This document shows, one piece after another, positions 54,301-64,000 of a DNA stretch of 64,000 nt. The notes below the pieces were generated by a model that searched no databases, was not told where the DNA came from, and saw nothing but the letters and a program-made list of their open reading frames with translations. The stretch lies in contig CM059438.1 in the NCBI GenBank assembly GCA_030390025.1, positions 58,530,001-58,594,000 on the forward strand. Reading direction: 5' to 3'. This stretch comes from Squalus acanthias (taxonomy: Eukaryota). The position numbers and the translations under genes were made by a program. The stretch's first letter is position 1. Each line of letters starts with the position of its first letter.

Positions 54301-55204
54301 TGACTGTGACCGTGGTAAACTATTCCTCCTTGTCCTTGTTGACCTGTCTGCAGCCTTTAACATGGTTGACCACAGCATCCTCCTCCAACGTCATCCAGCT
54401 GAGTTGGACTACACTCGCCTGGTTCCATTCTTATCTATCCAGTCGTAGCCAGAGACTCACCTGCAGTGGCTTCTCTTCCTGCTCCCGCACCATTAGCTCT
54501 GGTGTCCCCCAAGGATCTATCCTTGGCCCCCTCCGATTCCTCATCTACATGCTGCCCCTTGGCGACATCATCCAAAAACACAACGTCAGGTTCCACATGC
54601 ACACTGACAACACCCAGCTCTACCTCACCACCACCTCTCTTGAACCCTCCGCTATCTCTACATTGTCAGACTGCAGTACTGGATGGGCAGAAAGTTCCTC
54701 CAACTAAATACTGGAAAGACCGAAGCCATTGTCTTCGGTACCTGCCATAAACTCCGTTTCCTAGCCACCGACTCCATCCCTCTCCCTGGCAACTGTCTGA
54801 GGCAGAACCAGACCTTGGTGTCATACTGGACCCCGAGATGAGGTTCCGACCACTTATCCGTGCCATCAGTAAAACCGCCTGTTTCCACCTCTAACATCGC
54901 CTGACTTCGCCTCTGTCTCAGCTCATCTGCTGTTGAACATCTCATCCATGCCTTTGTTACATCTAGACTTGACTATTCCAACGTAATCCTGGTCGACCTC
55001 CCACGTTGCGCTCTCCATGAACTTGAGGTCATCCAAAACTCTGCTGCCCGTGTCCTAACTCGCACCAAGTCCTGTTCACCCATCACCCCAGTGCTCGCTG
55101 ACCTACAATGGCTCCTGGTTAAGCAACGCCTCGTTTTTAAAATTCTCATCCTTGTTTTCAAATCCCACCATGGCCTCGCCCCTCCCTATCTCTGTAACCT
55201 CCTC
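54301..55204 (+). mobile_element. L2 RT segment in inverted orientation, abutting the previous feature
   Basis: Plus-strand [10 protein letters not shown] and HPSA/LADLQWLLVKQRLVFKILILVFK; reverse complement of ~43146-44104. Confidence 0.88.
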
Positions 55205-55420
55205 GCCCCTCCCTATCTCTCTAATCTCCTCGTCCCTCCCTATCTCTATAATCTCCTCGCCCCATCCTATCTCTATAATCTCCTCGCCCCATCCTATCTC
55301 TCTAATCTCCTCGCCCCATCCTATCTCTATAATCTCCTCGCCCCATCCTATCTCTCTAATCTCCTCGCCCCATCCTATCTCTCTAATCTCCTCGCCCCTC
55401 CCTTTCTCTCTAATCTCCTC
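55174..55420. repeat. 27-bp L2-derived minisatellite, ~9 copies
   Basis: Unit CTCCTCGCCCCATCCTATCTCTMTAAT, contiguous with the L2 end (reads LAPPYLSNL repeats). Confidence 0.9.
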
Positions 55421-55424
55421 TTGC

Positions 55425-56783
55425 CCTCTCTTGCTTCGGGAATTGTCCCGTCTGATTGGAAAATTGTAAATGTAGCTCCATTATTTAAGAAGGGTGGGAG
55501 AGAGAAGCCAGGTAACTACAGGCCTGTGAGTCTAACGTTTGTTGTGGGGAAGTTACTAGAATCTGTCATTAGCGACAGATTGACTGAGCACTTGGACAAA
55601 TGTGAGCTGATCAGAGAGTCTGCATGGATTTGTGAAAGGTAAGTCATGTCTGACTAATTTAGTTGAGTTTTTTTGAAGAGGTCACTAACATGGTGGATTA
55701 GGGAGTGTTATGGATATTATCTATATGGACTTCCAGAAGCATTTCATAAGGTTCTGCACAAGAGATTATTAGCAAAAATGAAAGCACACGGAATTGGAGG
55801 CAACCTATGACATGGGTCGGAAATTGTTTGGGATGTAGGAGACGGGAGTGGGGATAAAGGGTAGCAACTCTGATTGGCGGGATGTGACAAGTGGTGTTCC
55901 CCAGGGATCTGTACCGGGGCCTCAGCTTTTCACCATATTTATCAATGACTTGGATGAAGGTATAAAACGTAATCAAAAAGGCTAATGTTGGCCTTTATCT
56001 CCATGGGGCTGGAATACAAGGGGATGGGAAATGTGCTACAGTTGTATAAAACTCTGGTTAGACCCCACCTGCAGTACTGGGTTCAGGTTTGGGCACTGCA
56101 CCTGAGGAAGGATATACTGGCCTTGGAGGGGGTGCAGTGCAGATTCACCAGAACGATATCAGGGCTTACAGGGTTAAATTGTGAGGACAGGTTGCATAGA
56201 CTAGGCTTGTATTCCCATCAGTATAGAAGGTTGAGGATTGATCTAATCTAAACAGAAAATGCTGGAAATACTCAGCAGGTCAGGCAGCATCTGTGGAGAG
56301 AGAAACAGAGTTAACTTTTCAGATCGATGACCTTTCGTCAGAACTCCTGAGTATTTCTAGCATTTTCTGTTTTTATTTCAGATTTCCAGCATCCGCAGTA
56401 TTTTGCTTTTGTATTGATCTAATCTAGGTGTTTAAAATGATTAAAGGATTTGATAGGGTCGATAAAGAGAAATTATTTCCTCGGCGGGGGAACCCAGAAC
56501 AAGGGGGCACAATCTTACAATTAGAGTCAGGCCATTTAGGCGTGACATCAGGAAGCACTTTTTCACACAAAGAGTAGTCGAAATCTGGAACTTTCTTCCC
56601 CAAAAAAGCTGTGAATGCTGGGGGGACAATTGGAGCTTTCAATTCGGATCAATAGATTTTTGTACGGTAAGGGGAATCAAGACATATGGAGCAAAGACGG
56701 GTAAGTGGGGTTAGGGTACAGATCATCCATGATCTAATAGAATGGTGGAATAGGAAGGAGGGGCTGAATGGCCTCTTCCTGTT
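55425..56783 (+). mobile_element. Degenerate CR1 LINE fragment with an internal deletion
   Basis: SGIVPSDWKIVNVAPLFKKGGREKPGNYRPVSLT, LYKTLVRPHLQY, CR1 3' UTR ending ~56783. Confidence 0.88.
56251..56412. mobile_element. 162-bp Penelope-like (pLTR-derived) fold-back insert nested in CR1
   Basis: Perfect 14-bp TSD ATTGATCTAATCTA (56237-56250 / 56413-56426); inverted repeat 56251-56275 / 56347-56371; hammerhead-like core on minus. Family assignment from recognition, not a search. Confidence 0.7.
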
Positions 56784-56899
56784 GTAGGCCAGACCAGGGA
56801 GGATATCAGTGAAACATTTGTTTTTACAGCAATCCGGCTCCTTTCAAAGTAGTTTTCTCAGTTGCCAGGCAATAATTACCAGATTTATTGAATTTATTG

Positions 56900-57012
56900 A
56901 ACCCTCACCCCATCCAGATCACAAACCCCTCACTTCATCCAGATCACAAACCCATTACTCCATCCGTATCACAAACCCATTACTCCATCCAGATCACTAA
57001 CCTCTCACTCAT
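56900..57012. repeat. 25-bp minisatellite, left (diverged) part
   Basis: ~4 diverged copies of TCACTCCATCCAGATCACAAACCCC. Confidence 0.75.
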
Positions 57013-57014
57013 AC

Positions 57015-59784
57015 AATCATAGAATCATAGAATGGTTACAGCACAAAAGGAGGCCATTCGACTCGTCGAGCCCGTGCCGGCTCTCTGCAAGAGCACTTCA
57101 GCTAGTCCTATTCCCCCACCCTTTCCCCATAGTCCTGCAAATTTTTTTCCTTCAGATACTTATCCAATTCCCTTTTGAAAGCCACAATTGAATCTACCTC
57201 CACCACCCTTTCAGGCAGTGCATTCCAGATCATAACCTTGGCTTCGTAAAAATGTTTTTCCTCATGTCGTCTTTGGTTCTTCTGCCGATCACTTTAAATC
57301 TGTGTCCTCTGGTTCTCGACCCTTCCGCCAATGGGAACAGTTTCTCTCTATCTACTCTGCCTCGACCTCTCATTATTTTGATCATCTCTATCAAATCTCC
57401 ACTCAACCATCTCTGCTCTAAGGAGAACAACCCCAGCTTCTCCAGTCTATCCACATAACTGAAGTCCCTCATCCCTGGAACCATTCTTGTAAATCTTTTC
57501 TGCACCCTCTCTAAGGCCTTCACATCCTTCCTAAAGTGCGGTGCCCAGAATTGGACACAATACTCCAGTTGAGGCCAAACCAGTGTTGAACAAAGGTTCA
57601 TCATAACTTCCTTGCTTTTGTACTCTATGCCTCTATTTATGAAGCCCAGGATCCCGTATGCTTTTTTAACCACTTTCTCAACCTGCCCTGCCATCTTCAA
57701 CGATTTGTGCACATATATCCCCAGGTTTCTCTGTTCATGCACCCCCTTTAGAATTGTATCCTTTAGTTCATATTGCCTCTCCTCGTTCTTCCTACCAAAA
57801 TATATCACTTCGCACTTTTCTGTGTTAAATTTCATCTGCCACGTGTCCACCCATTCCACCAGCCTGTCTATGTCCTCTTGAAGTCTATCACTATCCTTCT
57901 CACTGTTCACTATACTTCCAAGTTTTGTGCCATCTGCAAATTTTGAAATTGTGCCCTGTACACCCAAGTCCAGGTCATTAATATATATCAAGAAAAGCAG
58001 TGATCCTAGAACCGACCCCTGGGGAACACCACTGTGTACCTTCCTCCAGTCTGAAAAACAACCGTTCACCACTACTCTCTGTTTCCTGTCACTTAGTAAA
58101 TTCTGTATCCATGCTGCCACTGTCCCTTTTATTCCATGGGCTTCAACTTTGCTGGCAAGCCTATTATGTGGCACTTTATCAAACATCTTTTGGAAGTCCA
58201 TGTAAACCTCATCAACCGCATTGCCCTCATCAACCCTCTGTTACCTTACCAAAAAACTCAATCAAGTTAGTTAAACACAATTTGCTTTTAACAAATCTGT
58301 GCTAGCTTTCATTAAATAATCACACTTGTCCAAGTGAAGTGACTGTTAATTTTGTCCTGGATTATCGTTTCTAAAAGCTTCTCCACCACCGAGGTCAAAC
58401 TGACTGGCCTGTAGTTGCTGGGTTTATCTTTACACCCTTTTTTGAACAAGGGTGTAACTTTTCCAATTCTCCAGTCCTCTGGCACCACCCCCGTATCTAA
58501 GGAGGATTGGAAGATTATGCCCAGTACCTCCACAATTTCCACCCTTACGTCCCTCAGCATCCTAGGATGTACTCATCCGCTCCTGGTGACTTATCTACTT
58601 TAAGTTCAGCCAGCCTTTCTAATACCTCCTCTTTATTCATTTTTATCCCATCCAGTATCTGAACTACCTCCTCTTTCACTATGACTTTGACAGCATCTTC
58701 TTCCTTGGTAAAGACAGGTACAAAGTATTCATTTAGTACCTTAGCCATGCCCTCTGCCTCCATGCGAAGGTCTCCTTTTTGGTCCCTAATCAGCTCCACC
58801 CCTCCTCTTACTGCCCGTTTATTATTTATATGCCTATAGAAGACATTTGGATTCCCTTTTATGTTAGCTGCCAGTCTATTCTCGTACTCTCTCTTTGCCC
58901 CTCTTATTTCCTTTTTCACTTCCCTCTGAACTTTCTATATCCAGCCTGATTCTCACTTGTATTCTCAACCTGACATCTGTCATACGCCCCCTTTTTCTGC
59001 TTCAGCTTACTCTCTATCTCTTTCATCATCCAGGGAGCTCTGGCTTTGGTTGCCCTACCTTTCCCTCTCGTGGGAATGTACCCGAACCATCTCCTCTTTA
59101 AAGGCAGCCCATTGTTCGATTACAGTTTTGCCTGTCAATCTTTGATTCCAATTTACCCGGGCCAGCTCCATTCTCAACCCACTGAAATTGGCCCTCCTCC
59201 AATTAAGTATTTTTACTCTAGACTGTTCCCTGTCCTTTTCCATAGCTAATCTAAACCTTGATACGATGATCACTGTTCCCTAAATGTTCCCCTACTGACA
59301 CTTGCTCCACTTGACCCACCCCATTCCCCAGAACCAGATCCAGCAATGCCTCCTTCCTCATTGGGCTGGAAACGTATTGATCAAGAAAGTTCTCCTGAAC
59401 ACACTTCAGAAATTCTTCCCCCTCTCTGCCCTTTAAACTATTACTATCCCAGTCTATATTAGAATAATTGAAGTCCCCCATTATCACTACTCTATAGTTC
59501 TTGCATCTCTCTAATTTTTTGCAAATTTGCTCCTCTATATCCTTCCCACTAGTTGGTAGCCTATAGAATACACCTAGTAGTGTAATGGCACCTCTATTGT
59601 TCCTTAACTCTAACCAAACAGATTCTGTCCTTGGCCCCACCAGGACATCCGCTCTCTCCAGCACTGTAACATTCTCCTTAACCAATACTGCCACACCACC
59701 TCCTTTCTTTCCTTCCCTATCTTTCCTGAACACCCTATATCCAGGAATATTTAGTACCCAATCCTGCCCTTTTTTGAGCCAGGT
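57015..59784 (-). mobile_element. 2.8-kb 5'-truncated CR1 LINE (partial APE endonuclease + RT, frameshifted)
   Basis: GYRVFRKDREGKKGGGVA, VIMGDFNY, LLDLVLGN...SDH (endonuclease); [25 protein letters not shown] (RT); catagaat tail at 57015. Confidence 0.95.
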
Positions 59785-60075
59785 CCAGATCACTAATCCC
59801 TCACTCCATCCGGATCATGAATCCCTCACTCCATCCGGATCACTAACCCCTCACTCCATCCGGATCACTGACCCCTCACTCCATCCGGATCACTGACCCC
59901 TCACTCCATCCGGATCACTGACCCCTCACTCCATCCGGATCACTGACCCCTCACTCCATCCGGATCACTGACCCCTCACTCCATCCGGATCACTGACCCC
60001 TCACTCCATCCGGATCACTGACCCCTCACTCCATCCGGATCACTGACCCCTCACTCCATCCGGATCACTAATCCC
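59785..60075. repeat. 25-bp minisatellite, right (homogeneous) part, ~11 copies
   Basis: Unit TCACTCCATCCGGATCACTGACCCC, period 25 (59881 vs 59906). Confidence 0.93.
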
Positions 60076-60205
60076 TTAGACCAGCTAGATCACTGAAGAG
60101 CCTGACAGAAAATCCCGAATTCAGTTAACCACTACCTCCTAACCATGTTGAACTATTAACTTCCAGCCCAGCCAGACTAGTAATCACTAAACCAGAATGA
60201 CAACT

Positions 60206-60684
60206 AGAAAGAAAGAATAGAAAGAAAGACTTGCATTTCTTTTGCGCCTTTCACGACCTCAGGATGTCCCAAAGCGCTTTAAAGCCAATGAAATACTTTT
60301 GAAGTGTAGTCACTGTTGTAATGTGGGAAACACGGCAGCCAATTTGCGCACAGCAAGCTCCCACAAACAGTAAAGTGATAATGACCAGATAATCTGTTTT
60401 AGTGATGTCGATTGAGTGATAAACATTGGCCAGGACACCGGGGATAACTCCCCTGCTCTTCTTCCAAATAGTGCCTTGGGATCTTTTATGTCCACCTAAG
60501 AGGGCAGATTGGGCCTCAGTTTAATGTCTCATCTGAAAGACAGCACCTCCGACAGTGCAGCACTCCCTCAGCACTGCACCGGAGTGCCAGCCTAGATTTC
60601 ATGCTCAGGTCTCTGGGGTGGGACTTGAACCCACAACCTTTTGATTCAGAGGCAAGAGTGCAACCCACAGAGCCACAGCTGACA
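60206..60684 (-). mobile_element. Near full-length tRNA-headed DeuSINE (SacSINE1/AmnSINE1-related)
   Basis: Minus-strand A box TGGCTCTGTGG (60666-60676) and B box GGTTCAAGTCC (60621-60631); Deu-domain-like core (gtcctggccaa...tgtttgtgggagcttgctgtgcgcaaattggctgcc); L2-like tail and TTTC repeats. Confidence 0.82.
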
Positions 60685-60916
60685 CTCAGCTGATCCATCA
60701 GGCAGCTGGTTTCCTAACTCAGCCAGATAACTAACCCATAATCCAACTGAAACACTAGTCCTAACCATGCCAGGCCATTAACTCCTAAACTAGCCGGACA
60801 ACTGACCTCTCACTCAGCCAAACAACTAACTCTTCACAAACCGCAACACAGACAGAACACACGCCTTAGCCCTCACACACCATTCAATACAAAACAGGCT
60901 GGTCCAGTCACTCCCT

Positions 60917-61100
60917 CACCCAGCCGACACTAACCCTTCACCCAGCCGACACTAACCCTTCGCCCAGCCGACATTAATCCTTCGCCCAGCCGACACTAAC
61001 CCTTCACCCAGCCGACACTAACCCTTCACCCAGCCGACACTAACCCTTCACCCAGCCGACATTACTCCTTCGCCCAGCCGATATTAACCCTTCAGCCAGC
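60917..61100. repeat. 22-bp minisatellite, ~8 copies
   Basis: Unit CCCAGCCGACACTAACCCTTCA. Confidence 0.88.
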
Positions 61101-61684
61101 TGGTCTTTATTGCTCTTGGTTGAGTTAATGTGATGGTCTACCCCATGGAGGCAGTGGGACAGTCAGTTGAAGGTGAACAGGAGCACAAGCCCAATCAACT
61201 GAACCCTGCCCGATCTGAAAAAGACAAACATGGCGAGAGGATCGGTGGTAAGGAGGGCCGGCAGTAAGGAGAGGGTGGGCAGTACGGAGAGGTTGGACGG
61301 TAAGGAGAGGGAGGGAGAGATTTGGTGGTAAGGGGAGAGTGGGAGGTATGGGAGGGTGGGAGGTAAGGGGAATGTGGGAGGCACGGAGAATGTGGGAGAG
61401 ATTCTCAAGCGGGAATGTTTAGGCTGTGATTATTTGCAACTCCAGTGGTCTGGACCAGATTTCTGATTGGTCCCCTTGGAGGACAAGATACACTCAACAG
61501 TTTGTCTGGAATGTGTAATTTGATCCTGCCTGGTGTAAATAAACCTTCAATGTGTAATTGATCCAGTCTTGTCAGGCACCCTACAGAAAGTGGAAGTATT
61601 GTTAACTTTGTGAAGATCCTCTGTTACCTAGTGTTCTGCAATTGTAATTATAGTTGTCCTTGGCTGGTAAAATAAAAGACTTTG

Positions 61685-62360
61685 GGGGAAAAATTCGATG
61701 CTTTGTGCCACCGTTAGCGCCCCTTAGGGGGCGCTAATGGGGCGCAAAGCCCCCAGCGCCCGGGCGCGGCGACGCTGATGCCTCCCGTGAAATTCAGCAG
61801 GAGGTCAGCGGCGGCGGTAGCACCCTGCGGTGCTGCGCCTCCGGCGATGACGTCATTACCGTGCGCAGAGTCCCGCTTGCAAACTTAGCTCTCGCCCCCT
61901 GGTCTACCGCCGGACGCTATGTCCAACAGGGTCAGGGTGGCGTTTTTGCGGTGTAAATTAAAGGGCAGGTGCCGGGCGGCCATTTTTTTGTGCCACCAGC
62001 CAGCACCTGCCCCCTCTCGGCTCCTCCTGCGGGGTGCTGGCCGCAATCGGTCAGTCTGGCACTCCTCTTGAGTGCCGGGCTCTTTTGCCGGCACCCCGCT
62101 CCCTGGTGGTCCAGCTGGGTCCCGGTGTGCACTGCGCTAGGGCCCTCCCCTTTAATCAAGGGCGGAAGGCCTGCAGTACCGCGGCGCTGCGTGGTGCTGC
62201 TGCATGTAGCGCCGCGATATTGAATGGGTAGCGCCCCAAGCAGGAGGCAGGGGCGCTACCACTCAATTTCGGGTGCGGGGGTGCTAACTTTTTCGGGACA
62301 CTAAAAGTAGCGCCCCGGCGAAGTTATCGCCCCAAAGGGGGCGCGAGCCAATTGTTGCCC
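61685..62360. mobile_element. CpG-rich putative Harbinger-like MITE
   Basis: Imperfect TIR GGGGAAAAATTCG vs GGGCAACAATTGG (10/13); flanks TTG/CTG; repeated subterminal TAGCGCCCC motifs; sharp GC boundaries. Confidence 0.55.
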
Positions 62361-62609
62361 CTGAATACTCTCATTACTGGATCGTTACTTCTTTGGTGTT
62401 TTATGGCTTTTTTTCCTCCTGGAAGTGAAAAAAAATCTTTAATTCGGAATGAAGGGACCGAGGTCAAGACTGCAACTTTAAGACACGCTCATTAAAATAG
62501 GAAATTGAAAACAAGAAGTGCAAAAACTCAATGGCCTCCGGATCTCAGGTGGTGCTACTATAGCAGGAAGCTAGTAAGGATTTGCCAGTCAATAAACCAA
62601 CGGATGCCG

Positions 62610-64000
62610 GCGTGTGGGGTCTGCGCGCGTGTGGGCTCCGTGTGTGTGTGTGTGTGTGGGGTCCATGCGTGTGTGGGGTTCGTGCGTGTGTGTGTGTGGC
62701 GTCCATGCGTGTGTGGGATCCGTGCGTGTGTGGGGTCCGTGCGTGTGTGTGGGGTCCGTGCGTGTGCGGGGTCCGTGCATGTGTGGGGTCCGTGTGTGTG
62801 TGTGGCGTCCATGCGTGTGTGGGGTCCGTGCGTGTGTGTGGGGTCCGTGCGTGTGTGTGGGGTCCGTGCGTGTGCGGGGTCCGTGCATGTGCGTGGTCCG
62901 TGCGTGTGGGGGGGTCCGTGTGTGTGGGGTCCGTGTGTGTGGGGTCCGTGTGTGTGTGTGTGTGTGTGTGTGGGGTCCGTGCGTGTGTGGGGTCCGTGCG
63001 TGTGTGTGTGTGTGTGGGGTCCGTGCGTGTGTGTGTGGGGCCCGTGCGTGTGTGGGGTCCGTGTGTGTGTGCGCGTGTGGGGTCCGTGTGTGTGTGCGCG
63101 TGTGGGGTCCGTGTGTGTGTGTGCCGTGTGTGTGTGTGTGTGGTCCGTGTGTGTGTGTGTGGGGTCCGTGTGTGTGCGTGTGTGTTCCGTGTGTGTGTGT
63201 GTGGTCCGTGTGTGTGTGTGTGGGGTCCGTGTGTGTGTGTGTGTGGTCCGTGTGTGTGTGTGTGTGGTCCGTGTGTGTGTGTGTGGTCCGTGTGTGTGTG
63301 TGTGGGGTCCGTGTGTGTGTGTGTGTGGGGTCCGTGTGTGTGTGCGCGTGTGGGGTCCGTGCGTGTGTGTTCCGTGTGTGGTCCGTGCGTGTGTGTTCCG
63401 TGTGTGTGGTCCGTGTGTGTGTGTGTGTGGTCCGTGTGTGTGTGTGTGGTCCGTGTGTGTGTGTGTGGGGTCCGTGTGTGTGTGTGTGGGGTCCGTGTGT
63501 GTGTGTGTGGGGTCCGTGTGTGTGTGTGTGGGGTCCATGTGTGTGTGTGTGGTCCGTGTGTGTGTGTGTGGTCCGTGTGTGTGTGTGTGGTCCGTGTGTG
63601 TGTGTGTGGTCCGTGTGTGTGCGTGTGGGGTCCGTGTGTGTGCGTGTGGGGTCCGTGCGTGTGTGAGGGCTCCGTGCGTGTGTGAGGGCTCCGTGCGTGT
63701 GTGTGGGCTCCGTGCGTGTGTGTGTGTGGCGTCCATGCGTGTGTGGGGTGCGTGTGTGTGGGGTCCGTGCGTGTGTGTGGGGTCCGTGCATGTGTGTGGG
63801 GTCCGTGCGTGTGTGTGGGGTCCGTGCGTGTGTGTGGGGTCCGTGCGTGTGTGTGGGGTCCATGCGTGTGTGTGGGGTCCGTGTGTGTGCGTGTGTGGGG
63901 TCCGTGTGATTGCGTGTGTGGGGTCCGTGTGTGTGCGTGTGTTGGGTCCGTGTGTGTACGTGTGTTGGGTCCGTGCGTGTGGGGTCCATGTGTGTGTGCG
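62610..64000. repeat. (GT)n-rich compound minisatellite, GGGGTCC(GT/GC)n; runs off the right edge
   Basis: GGTCCGTG anchors separated by variable GT tracts. Confidence 0.95.

Noticed and set aside
57230..59793. Functional reverse transcriptase / endonuclease gene
   Set aside because: Broken into several frames, FADD changed to FADG, 5'-truncated: a dead CR1 copy.
60600..60684. tRNA gene
   Set aside because: A/B boxes belong to a SINE head that continues into the Deu core and tail; no convincing cloverleaf.
61240..61400. Repeated GGTAAG donor-like motifs in a G-rich tract
   Set aside because: Degenerate low-complexity repeat on the strand opposite GRIN1; no supporting exon.
48700..62610. 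Upstream GRIN1 exon (ending ...RLETLLEERESK) in the unique gaps between elements
   Set aside because: Inspected the gaps by eye (49320-49730, 50020-50350, 53820-53980, 60700-61680, 62360-62610) and found no match; presumably beyond 64000. TBLASTN would be decisive.
62558..63989. His/Thr- and Cys/Val-rich ORFs of 350-466 aa
   Set aside because: Translation of (GT)n/(CA)n compound repeat on both strands.

Overview
Vertebrate genomic DNA, most likely a cartilaginous fish (inferred from the CR1/L2 LINEs, tRNA-headed DeuSINE and Penelope-derived element). More than 90% is repeat. The ORF track is almost entirely repeat artefact and misses the real coding signal: two small minus-strand exons of the NMDA-receptor subunit gene GRIN1, sitting in a ~1 kb repeat-free island. 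One is the 63-nt alternatively spliced N1 ('exon 5') cassette at 38410-38472 (NKKRNFENNDQHSYDSRRGPK). The other is the next 101-nt constitutive exon at 37744-37844 ([33 protein letters not shown]). They are joined by a 565-nt intron holding three UGCAUG and two UGCACG Rbfox motifs. The rest is inferred to be GRIN1 intron. It holds a >37.6 kb 29-bp satellite with higher-order structure, a 14-bp and a 31-bp array, and several minisatellites. It also holds nested mobile elements: L2, CR1, PIF/Harbinger-like and hAT-like MITEs, a DeuSINE, and a Penelope-derived insert with a degenerate hammerhead core. The most unusual mobile-element signals are an L2 copy with a twin-priming-type 5' inversion, and one short L2 segment that has seeded two different minisatellites. 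I see no evidence of a new protein-coding system or CRISPR array.
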